Below are positions 47,950 through 56,257 of a stretch of DNA of 64,000 nucleotides, in pieces. Positions within the stretch are counted from its first letter, which is position 1, and each line of letters starts with the position of its first letter. The notes beneath the pieces were generated by a model. The model saw only the letters and a program-made list of their open reading frames with translations. It did not search any database and was not told the DNA's origin. The translations under genes were made by a program, and so were the position numbers. Origin of the DNA: an uncultured Clostridia bacterium (lineage in GTDB: Bacteria; Bacillota; Clostridia; Christensenellales; Aristaeellaceae); NCBI GenBank assembly GCA_934615235.1, contig CAKTTL010000002.1, positions 6,184-70,183 of the forward strand, written 5' to 3'.

Positions 47950-48853
47950 TAAAAAAAGTGTATCGGGGTTGGTTTCAAACATCCAACGATTCTCGCTGAA
48001 CGATGGCCCAGGGATTCGTACAGTTGTTTTTCTGAAAGGATGCCCACTAAAATGCCCATGGTGTCATAACCCTGAATCTCGTCGGTTCTATCCTGAAATT
48101 ATGCTTGACGAGAAAAAATGTGTTGGCTGTGGCCAGTGCACAAAAACGTGTACCTTACATCACTTTGTCGATGGACAGCATTTTATCGATAGAGAAAGAT
48201 GCAAACATTGCGGTCTTTGCGCACAGATATGTCCTACTAACGCACTGACACTAGTTGGAAAGTGCATGACGGTTGAGGAAATCTACCAGGAGGCAATGCA
48301 AGACTATGGATTTTGGGGAGAATCAGGTGGTATTACGTTATCAGGCGGAGAGCCATTAGCGCAGCCTGAATTTTCTATGGCAATTCTGCGGCAGTTTCAT
48401 GAAAAAGGGATTCATTGTGCAATTGAAACCAGTGGATATGCGCCATGGGAAGTATTACAACGGTTTATTCAGCAGACTGACTTGTTTCTATTCGATATTA
48501 AGGAAACGAATAGCGAACTTCATCAGGCGTATACAGGTGTAGCAAAGGAGCAAATTATTCAAAATTTAGATTATCTGAACCAGTCGAATGCGAAAGTTAG
48601 GCTCCGTTGTCCCATTATTCCAGGATACAATGACAGGGAAGGACATTTGTTGGAGGTTGCCAAGCTTGCTAATCGTTTTTCTTGCGTAGAACGAATAGAA
48701 ATAGAACCTTACCACCCCTTAGGACGCTCAAAGGCAAGGCAATTGGGAGAAGCTTATGTGTTGAATGATCAGGGTTTTCCGGATGCAGAAAGCGTAGCTC
48801 ATTGGTTAGAAATTCTTGGTTCTGCAACATTGAAACCTGTTGTGCGTTCATGA
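47933..48853 (+). CDS. Glycyl-radical-enzyme activating protein (radical SAM) with two auxiliary ferredoxin-type clusters (AE1)
   Basis: CPLKCPWCHNPE (CX3CX2C), then CVGCGQCTKTC and CKHCGLCAQICP. Overlaps the GRE1 stop by 17 nt. Confidence 0.9.
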   Translation: MNMLSDKKSVSGLVSNIQRFSLNDGPGIRTVVFLKGCPLKCPWCHNPESRRFYPEIMLDEKKCVGCGQCTKTCTLHHFVDGQHFIDRERCKHCGLCAQICPTNALTLVGKCMTVEEIYQEAMQDYGFWGESGGITLSGGEPLAQPEFSMAILRQFHEKGIHCAIETSGYAPWEVLQRFIQQTDLFLFDIKETNSELHQAYTGVAKEQIIQNLDYLNQSNAKVRLRCPIIPGYNDREGHLLEVAKLANRFSCVERIEIEPYHPLGRSKARQLGEAYVLNDQGFPDAESVAHWLEILGSATLKPVVRS

Positions 48854-48866
48854 TGCTAAAACAAAG

Positions 48867-48894
48867 CGCCATGTTTTCAGAGACATGGCGTTTT
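48867..48894 (+). terminator. Intrinsic terminator ending the cassette-1 operon
   Basis: CGCCATGT-loop-ACATGGCG followed by TTTT. Confidence 0.7.
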
Positions 48895-49074
48895 GTAATT
48901 TGTTGCTCTGATAATTGGCGAAAATAAGGAAAGCCATATTCATGCTTGCTTGAAAGTGATAAAAAACAACACGGTAAAACGTAGCAAGTAATGTTGTGAG
49001 ATCAACAAACTACTTTTGACGAAAAATCGACTCGTTATCCTTTGAGGTGGATTCAACTTTGCTTTGTTTTGATA

Positions 49075-49869
49075 TTACCTGTCATCATTCAAAAGGCTGT
49101 ACGCCTTTGGCGAAACGCCCATCTCGCGCTTGAAAACTCGAATAAAGTAACTGGCGCTGGTAAAGCCGGTCAGATCTGCGACGGCGGCAATGCTCATTTT
49201 TTCTTGCTGCAGCAGTTTTGCGGCTGCTGTTATGCGACATTCTGTTAAACACCGGCCAGGGGTTTGGTGGTAGCGTGTTTGGAACAATTCGCCGAAGCGC
49301 CTTTGACTGAGACCGGCGCAATGCGCCGCATCTGCAATGGAAAGCGTGTTGTCTGCGTAGTTGCGCATCAGATAATCTCTGGCTGAGGCTAATTTGTCGT
49401 CGCTGTGCATCGTGGCTGGATCCGCCAATAAAAACAGATGGGATAAAATCTCGTAAAAACAGGAATAACAGGCATAAGCATCTGCCGAGTGGCCGGATGC
49501 CAGGTATTGATTCCAGGAATCCAACAATTTGAAAAAGGCGCTTTTAATTTGCGGCTGATTGCCGCAATTGTATACGGCCAGATGCAGGTCGAAAGGTTTG
49601 ATCGTTGTGAAATGGACGGCAATACAGCCGCCTTTTATTCCATCCATTTCCATTTCGTGACGCAGTACGCGATAATGATCCGTGCTGTTGGCTACCATGA
49701 GCATATCCTTTCCGAATGGCAAAAGAGTCCCTCCGCTTTCGTGCATGGAAAGGCCATGCAGCTTATAGGCCAGAAAATGGGAGGTGTCATTCATATCGCG
49801 TTCCCAACTTCTGGCGTGAACACCGAATCGATATACTTTGATGATTTTATCGAGAATAATCCTGTGCAT
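49075..49869 (-). CDS. AraC-family transcriptional regulator, divergent from GRE2
   Basis: Likely start is the ATG at 49869 (MHRIILDK..) after GGAGGGG. Cupin-like N-terminus plus a C-terminal HTH (..GLSQRRFGELFQTRYHQTPG..). Confidence 0.85.
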   Translation of the reverse strand: MHRIILDKIIKVYRFGVHARSWERDMNDTSHFLAYKLHGLSMHESGGTLLPFGKDMLMVANSTDHYRVLRHEMEMDGIKGGCIAVHFTTIKPFDLHLAVYNCGNQPQIKSAFFKLLDSWNQYLASGHSADAYACYSCFYEILSHLFLLADPATMHSDDKLASARDYLMRNYADNTLSIADAAHCAGLSQRRFGELFQTRYHQTPGRCLTECRITAAAKLLQQEKMSIAAVADLTGFTSASYFIRVFKREMGVSPKAYSLLNDDR

Positions 49870-50032
49870 TCGTTTCCCCTCCAGCGAATAACAGTATAGC
49901 ATATTTTGAAATAGTATGATAGAAAATTTCCGTATAATGCTATTTTTCTTTATCTTGCGATTTACACTGTGACGCGCCGCTCATACAATTAAAACACCGG
50001 ATACACATGAGCTGATCGAAGGAGGAGAGCGT

Positions 50033-52282
50033 ATGAATTTTCAGGCGTTTCAGAAAGAACTGACCCGGTATTATTGGAATGAGGTTGACGATCTGTCGGA
50101 GGCGTTTCGCAAGGCTGCATATGCGTCGCTTGATGAACATTGCATGCCGGAGATGAACGGTTATCAGCGCAAAGCGCTGCAATATAAAACCATCACCGAG
50201 ATGTGCGAACCCAAGCTGTTTCATACTTCGCCTTTCTACTATGAGCTTGGCACCATGAGCGCGCATTGCGACGGTGCGGGAGAGTTCCGTGGGCACGTAC
50301 ACGCGGGGAACTGGAACTATGAACGGTCAGAACACATGTTTGCCGATCAGGATCCCGAGCTGTTTTCTGTCCGCAATGCGCAGGCAGGTAATTTGCTTTA
50401 CCTCATCTGCGGGCCTTACAGTGACACAAGGCAGCATTTTATTTTCAATTGCAAGCCGCTTTTTAAGGGCGGGCTTAAAATGTTGTATGATAACGCGCAA
50501 GAACAGCTTTGCCATGCAAAAACGGAGGAAGAACACGACTTTCTGAATGCGGCGATTGATGGCCTGCTGTGCATGAAGAAAATTTCTGAGAAATTTGCAG
50601 AAGCGGCAAAAGAGAGAGCGAGAACTGCTTCCAGTCCGGATGAAATTTTCAATCTGGAACGAATTGCTGAAGCGGCAGCCTACACGCCGTGGAACGCACC
50701 GCGTACATTTTATGAAGCGCTGAACCTGCTGGCTTTCTGCCGGACGGTTCCGGGCGCATTGGAGGGCGTTGGATATAACACCTTTGGGCGACCGGATGTT
50801 GAATTGCTTCCCTTCTATGAAGGCGATCTTGCTGCCGGGAGACTGACAAAGGAAGAGGCGTATGAGCTCATTCAGGCTTTCCTGCTTACATGGGATTGTC
50901 ATTATGATCATGATATGAAAATGGTCGGATATGCCGATCATGAACTGGAAAACACGTATACGCTCGGCGGCTGTGACGCGGCAGGAAAGCCGGTCTGGAA
51001 TGAACTGACCGCAATGTTCCTGAGGGCGACCAGTCAGCATAAAATTATTTTCCCGAAAATCAAAGTGCGTTTTTCCAGCCAGTCGCCGCGTGAGTTCCTG
51101 GATGCGGCGGATCTGGATGTGATTCACAGCACGTCTTCCATTCTTTATCAGAATGACGAGGCAACGATTGCCGCACTGGTGCGCGGAGGGGCTTCGCTGG
51201 AAGATGCGAGGGATTATCTGATTACCGGTTGCTGGGGCTTGCTGACGAACGGGAACAGAATGGACGATCAGGGCAATTATGTAAATATACTCAAGGCATT
51301 TGAGATGTCCGTTCACAATCGCCAGGATAAAATGCGGGAGTGCAGTCTGTTCTTCCTGCCGTTAGACGGCGCGAAAAGTTTTGAAGACGTATATCGTATT
51401 ACGGTGGAAAACTGTCGGATTCTTTTCCGTGAGCGCAACAGAATGACGTTGAAGGGAAAGGGAATCTGGCCGCAGGTGGATCCGCTTCCGCTGACTTCTT
51501 CTTCAATGGACGGCTGCCTGCAGAGCCGTTTGGATTTGACGAACGGCGGGTGCAAATATCATAACGAGAACTATATGCTGGTTGGCTTCCCGAATATCAT
51601 TGACGCGCTGCTGGCAATCAAGACGCTTTGCTTCGATGAGAAAAGGTACGCGCTGGATGAATTTTTAAGCGCGGTGCGCTGCAATTGGGCGGGGCATGAG
51701 GAAATGCGTCGCGCAGCGACCCGCTGTCCCTGCTGGGGAGATGCAAGCGAGGAATCCAATAAACTGGCTGCACGATTCAATCATGATCTGCTTGAACTTG
51801 CAGGAGAATTGAAAACGCTGTGGCCCGGAGGCCGGTGCGACATCGGGCATTGCACGTATACGGAAATTCGCTTCTGGGCAGAAAAAACGCTCGCGACGCC
51901 TGACGGCAGGCGCAACGGTGATTATTTCTCGCAGGGGCTTACGCCTTCCCGCTTACACAGAATTGAAAGCGTAACGGATGTAATAAACAGCCTTGCCGCG
52001 CTGGATGGCAGCGAGATGGGAGGCAATTCGGTTGTTAACATTATTCTGCCTTCTACCGGAATGACGCTGGATCATTGCGCAGCATTCCTGTATGCATGCG
52101 CGCAGAGCGCGATGGGCTCGCTGCAACTGAACTGCGTTACGAAAGAACAGCTTCTGGACGCGCAGATTCATCCGGAAAAACACCGCGATTTGATCGTTCG
52201 CGTATGCGGCTTTTCCGCACGCTTTACGAGCCTGTCTCCTGAATGGCAGCAGGAGGTGCTTAGTCGCAATTTCTATGATTAA
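50033..52282 (+). CDS. Glycyl radical enzyme with an atypical thiyl loop (749 aa), substrate unknown (GRE2)
   Basis: Glycyl radical motif VRVCGFSARF (Gly726, nt 52208-52210). The Cys loop is I-T-G-C-W-G (Cys400, nt 51230-51232), which has neither the PFL Cys-Cys pair nor the Cys-x-Glu pattern. TPDGRR block present. Confidence 0.88.
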   Translation: MNFQAFQKELTRYYWNEVDDLSEAFRKAAYASLDEHCMPEMNGYQRKALQYKTITEMCEPKLFHTSPFYYELGTMSAHCDGAGEFRGHVHAGNWNYERSEHMFADQDPELFSVRNAQAGNLLYLICGPYSDTRQHFIFNCKPLFKGGLKMLYDNAQEQLCHAKTEEEHDFLNAAIDGLLCMKKISEKFAEAAKERARTASSPDEIFNLERIAEAAAYTPWNAPRTFYEALNLLAFCRTVPGALEGVGYNTFGRPDVELLPFYEGDLAAGRLTKEEAYELIQAFLLTWDCHYDHDMKMVGYADHELENTYTLGGCDAAGKPVWNELTAMFLRATSQHKIIFPKIKVRFSSQSPREFLDAADLDVIHSTSSILYQNDEATIAALVRGGASLEDARDYLITGCWGLLTNGNRMDDQGNYVNILKAFEMSVHNRQDKMRECSLFFLPLDGAKSFEDVYRITVENCRILFRERNRMTLKGKGIWPQVDPLPLTSSSMDGCLQSRLDLTNGGCKYHNENYMLVGFPNIIDALLAIKTLCFDEKRYALDEFLSAVRCNWAGHEEMRRAATRCPCWGDASEESNKLAARFNHDLLELAGELKTLWPGGRCDIGHCTYTEIRFWAEKTLATPDGRRNGDYFSQGLTPSRLHRIESVTDVINSLAALDGSEMGGNSVVNIILPSTGMTLDHCAAFLYACAQSAMGSLQLNCVTKEQLLDAQIHPEKHRDLIVRVCGFSARFTSLSPEWQQEVLSRNFYD

Positions 52283-52290
52283 GGAGATAT

Positions 52291-53130
52291 ATGCAGATGA
52301 AAGGCATGCTCTTCGATATTCAGCGCGCTTCCACTGTGGATGGTCCGGGATTTCGTACTACGGTTTTCTTTAAGGGATGTAACCTCCGCTGTGCATGGTG
52401 CCATAATCCGGAAAGTCAGTCTGCTGTGCCGCAGCTGCTGTTTTATCAGGAGCGCTGCACGCATTGTGGACTTTGCGAACGGGTTTGCCCTTACGGGCTT
52501 AGAAAGTGTGATTTGTGCGGAAAATGTGCGGATGCATGTCCGCAGGAGGCGCGCAGCCTGTGTGGGATGGAATATACAGTAGAGGATGCAATGAAGAAGA
52601 TTCTGCCGGATCGTCTGTTCTATCAGACGTCCGGCGGAGGGGCCACTTTCTCGGGCGGCGAGTGTATGCTGCAATTGGGTTTTCTAAAAGAATTGCTTGA
52701 TTCTTGCAAAAAAGAAAAAATTCACACTGCAGTGGATACGGCAGGCGCTGTGCCGTGGAGGTCTTTCGAAGAAATTCTGCCGTATACGGATATGTTTCTC
52801 TATGATGTAAAGAGCATGAATTCTCAGCGTCATAAGGAATATACGGGTGTTGGCAACGAACAGATATTAGAAAACCTGTCGCGCTTGCTGCAGATGCAAA
52901 AACGTGTCTGGGTGCGTGTGCCGATTATTCCGGGGGTAAACGATACGCTGGAGGAGATGCGCGCGCTGCGCGCTTTCCTCCTTGCAAATGGCTATCCGAA
53001 AAAAGTGGAGCTTTTGCCATATCATCGCATGGGCGAAATGAAATGGAAAGCGCTCGGTCAAAAGGCGACGCTTTTCAATCCGCCTTCTGCTGAACAGGTG
53101 GATACGCTGCGCAATGCAGTAAAACCGTAA
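52291..53130 (+). CDS. Glycyl-radical-enzyme activating protein (radical SAM) with two auxiliary cluster motifs (AE2)
   Basis: CNLRCAWCHNPE, then CTHCGLCERVCP and CDLCGKCADACP. Confidence 0.9.
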   Translation: MQMKGMLFDIQRASTVDGPGFRTTVFFKGCNLRCAWCHNPESQSAVPQLLFYQERCTHCGLCERVCPYGLRKCDLCGKCADACPQEARSLCGMEYTVEDAMKKILPDRLFYQTSGGGATFSGGECMLQLGFLKELLDSCKKEKIHTAVDTAGAVPWRSFEEILPYTDMFLYDVKSMNSQRHKEYTGVGNEQILENLSRLLQMQKRVWVRVPIIPGVNDTLEEMRALRAFLLANGYPKKVELLPYHRMGEMKWKALGQKATLFNPPSAEQVDTLRNAVKP

Positions 53131-53133
53131 CAA

Positions 53134-54354
53134 CTAAAGCACGTCAACGGGGGGCGAAACGTAACTGGCCTTGCCTTCGTGAATTTGCTGCGGCGTGTGG
53201 CCGGTCATGCGTTTCACGTAGCGGTTAAAGTATGAGCGATTGTTGAAGCCCATTGCACAGGCTACATCGCTGCAGGACATGCTTTGAAGCAATCGGCAGA
53301 TCTGCTGTGTTTTGCGGCAGGCGATATAGTAGCTGATTTGTAATCCGGTTCGCTTTTGAAACAGCCGGGAGAGATGTCCGGTACTGTAACCGCTGATTAG
53401 GGAAAGCGTGCTGATTGATAAATCCATGTTCAGGTGCTGGTCGATATAACGTAGAACCGTGTCGACAGGATCCGCAAACGTCGTTTCTTCCTTGCCGGTG
53501 AGTATGCGAATAAAGCCCTCGCCGGTTTCTTCTTCAATTTTGCCGCGCATCCGCGCGGAAAGTGTACCGACGCTTGTCTGAGCGGGAGAGAAATAAGCGA
53601 CGATCAGTGGCGTACGCGAAAGAAGATCGCTGTTTTCCTGCGCCAGTTCCAATGCACCCAGCATTGAGGCTGCGGAGGACAGAGGCAAAGCGAGACACCA
53701 GAATATGTTGCCGGCAACACAGGAGCCGAGCACATGGGCATGCGGACTCAGCTGTGCCTGCACAGAGAGAGCGAGCTTTTCATTTTCTGCAGGATCTGTT
53801 CCTGCACGTCCAGCAATGAGCCAGATTTCCGCTGAGGATTCAGACACGCCCATCAGCGCCAACAGCTTTTTCTCGCGTTGCGGATCCTTGTCCAGCGAAA
53901 TCAACGTCAGAAGAAGCTCGGCGTTGATTTCATGCTGCATTATTCGGTCGGGCAAATCCAACCTGTTTTTCTGTGCGTCGATGAGGTGGACAGCCTTTTC
54001 AACAGCCTCTAAAAGCTTCTCATCATTTTCTGTTTTCAGGACGAAACCGGCTACGTTCAAATCGAGCGCGCGATAAGCGTATTCGAAACTGTCGTATGCC
54101 GTCAGCATAATCACCTGACATTGCGGCCAGAGCACGCGAATGCGCGTCACAAGCTCGAGACCGTCCATGCCGCCCATGCGGATGTCAGAAATCAGCAGGT
54201 CGATACGATCGTTTTGCGCAAGCGCCAGGGCTTCCTCGCCGGAAAAAGCGCGGCAAACATCCATATTCCAACGGGATTGGCATTGAAGAAGCGCAGCAAC
54301 GGAATTTGCGATAAACGTTTCATCATCTACGACAAGGGCGCGATATAAATGCAT
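53134..54354 (-). CDS. Two-component response regulator, REC + AraC-type HTH (YesN-like), cassette 2
   Basis: ALVVDDETFI..DLLISDIRMGGMDGL receiver plus a C-terminal AraC HTH. Confidence 0.88.
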   Translation of the reverse strand: MHLYRALVVDDETFIANSVAALLQCQSRWNMDVCRAFSGEEALALAQNDRIDLLISDIRMGGMDGLELVTRIRVLWPQCQVIMLTAYDSFEYAYRALDLNVAGFVLKTENDEKLLEAVEKAVHLIDAQKNRLDLPDRIMQHEINAELLLTLISLDKDPQREKKLLALMGVSESSAEIWLIAGRAGTDPAENEKLALSVQAQLSPHAHVLGSCVAGNIFWCLALPLSSAASMLGALELAQENSDLLSRTPLIVAYFSPAQTSVGTLSARMRGKIEEETGEGFIRILTGKEETTFADPVDTVLRYIDQHLNMDLSISTLSLISGYSTGHLSRLFQKRTGLQISYYIACRKTQQICRLLQSMSCSDVACAMGFNNRSYFNRYVKRMTGHTPQQIHEGKASYVSPPVDVL

Positions 54355-54365
54355 GTTCTTTCCTC

Positions 54366-56039
54366 CTAACGCGGCAGAAGCATCAGTACGCAGAGCCCGC
54401 CGAGGTCGCTTGGAAGCAGTTTCAGGCCGAAGGGACTTCCGTATTTCAAACGGATTCGCCGGTGAATATTTTTCAGCCCGGTGGTTTCTTCGTCAGGGGT
54501 TACGTCCAGATTCGTTGCCAGCACATCTGCGGGAGACTGTACGGCGCTGTTTTCAAACTTGAGCAGAATTGTATCTTCATTGAGCTGCGTGCTGAAACGG
54601 ATGCGCATTCCATCCGACATCCCCTGAAAACCGTGCGTAAACGCATTTTCGACGATCGGTTGAAAAATCAGCCTTGGAACGCGCATGCACAGCGCTTCTT
54701 GCGGCCAGGGCGCGATATCGAGCTCCAATCGCTCTTCCCAGCGCAGCTTTTGCAGGTTCAGATAATTGAGCATGTGCTCATATTCCGAAGAAACGGGAAC
54801 AGTTTCCTGGCCGGAGCGGGTGATATACCGGAAGTAACCTCCCAGGTATTGACACACTTCCGCAGCGGCGTCCGTTTCTTCATCCTGTACAAGCCGCTCC
54901 AGCATGTAAAAGGTGTTGTATAGAAAATGCGGATTGATCTGCGATTGCAGCTGCTTGAATTCAATTTGCTGAGCGCGGTTTTGCTGTTCAACAAGACGCT
55001 GAGTGGTTTCATCCAGGTGCTCGGTCAATTCCTGGAAACCGCGAATCAGCCGGCTCATCTCTTCAGGCCCCTGCTGTGCAAGCTCGGGGCGCACATTGCC
55101 GCTGCGAACCTGTTCGAATGCATCCAGCAATGCCTTTACCGGGCGCTGAACCTGACCGCGCGCGAGCGCGGCATATCCAATAAAGAATGGAATGCAGAGG
55201 AGAAAATACAGAATCAGCAGACGGGAAAAATTCCGTACATCCGTCAGCAAGATGCTGTTGGGGACAAAGTTGACAAAGCCTAATCCGTTCGGGTTGCCGG
55301 CGTAAAAGACATGATACTTTATGTTTTCCAACGTCGCCCGATTATCGCTGTTTTCCCGAAGCCACTGCGCGCCCGGCTGCCAGCCGCCGATGCATTGCCC
55401 TCGATATGTCAGCACGCATTCGCCTGCGAAAACTCTTTGACTGATGGACGCGCAAAGCGCGTTGAGGGAAAGCGTCGCTTCACAATATGCCAGAGGCTCC
55501 TTTTCGCCGGGGAGAATGTTTGGATAGCCGAGTATCAGCGTCAGTTTGCCGTCGCGCATTCCGAGCAGGTTGCCGTGCCTGGAGCTCCAGCTGGCGCGCA
55601 GATCTTCCCAAAAGGCTTCGCTGAGCTTATCGGTATACGTGTTTTCAGAAATTAAGACGTTCAGAGAAGGGTGGAACAGGCAAATCTGGGCGACTGAGTC
55701 GCAACCCAGCCGTGCCCATTGCAGTTCTTTCATAATTGCGCGTGCGGAAATCCAATAGGAGTAATCATTAGGGGTATGCGTGCCCAACAGGGCGGTTGCT
55801 TTCGTATTGTCGCTGTATAACAGGGAGTGCAGCGTCTGCAGCGTAAGGTCGTATTGCTCGGAAAGGTAAACCGCTGCGCTTTGCGCAGTCTGTTCGGCTT
55901 TGGAAAGCACGGCGCGATTCGTGTGCGCAGCCCCGCGCAGCAGAATGAAGCCGCCGAAAGCCTGTACCGGGACCATTACAGCAAAGAAGATGATCAACAT
56001 CTGTCGGTAGAGGCTGCCCTGACGGCGAAAGCGTTTCAT
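54366..56039 (-). CDS. Sensor histidine kinase (YesM-like), cassette 2
   Basis: 557 aa with 2 TM + sensor domain + HAMP, the LQSQINPHFLYNTF box, and HATPase. Confidence 0.88.
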   Translation of the reverse strand: MKRFRRQGSLYRQMLIIFFAVMVPVQAFGGFILLRGAAHTNRAVLSKAEQTAQSAAVYLSEQYDLTLQTLHSLLYSDNTKATALLGTHTPNDYSYWISARAIMKELQWARLGCDSVAQICLFHPSLNVLISENTYTDKLSEAFWEDLRASWSSRHGNLLGMRDGKLTLILGYPNILPGEKEPLAYCEATLSLNALCASISQRVFAGECVLTYRGQCIGGWQPGAQWLRENSDNRATLENIKYHVFYAGNPNGLGFVNFVPNSILLTDVRNFSRLLILYFLLCIPFFIGYAALARGQVQRPVKALLDAFEQVRSGNVRPELAQQGPEEMSRLIRGFQELTEHLDETTQRLVEQQNRAQQIEFKQLQSQINPHFLYNTFYMLERLVQDEETDAAAEVCQYLGGYFRYITRSGQETVPVSSEYEHMLNYLNLQKLRWEERLELDIAPWPQEALCMRVPRLIFQPIVENAFTHGFQGMSDGMRIRFSTQLNEDTILLKFENSAVQSPADVLATNLDVTPDEETTGLKNIHRRIRLKYGSPFGLKLLPSDLGGLCVLMLLPR

Positions 56040-56139
56040 TGCGACAATCCCTTCGTTTCATCGTATTGCAGGATTTTTACATGAGTTAGTATAACAGACT
56101 AAAAAAGCAGCCGCAAGGCGCGGAGATGGCAAAACGCCA

Positions 56140-56208
56140 AAATGCTTGAAAAGTGAAACGCAAATGCTGGAAAAGTGCAATGGCGAATCCTGTAAACTTT
56201 GATACAAT
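56140..56208 (+). promoter_or_regulatory. Activator-type promoter of the cassette-2 ABC operon: two 16-nt direct repeats plus an extended -10
   Basis: AAATGCTTGAAAAGTG (56140-56155) and AAATGCTGGAAAAGTG (56162-56177), 22 nt apart start to start. TGATACAAT with the -10 at 56203-56208 and no good -35. Confidence 0.5.
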
Positions 56209-56257
56209 GGCATAAAGGCCGCAAGCGGCTAAACAAAAACAAGGGAGGAACCTTACC

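Noticed and set aside
49015-49034. 20-nt match (TTGACGAAAAATCGACTCGT) to an internal segment of the MITE-like element.
   Set aside because: Only 17 of 20 positions match and there is no flanking similarity. This is too short to distinguish from chance in an AT-rich spacer.
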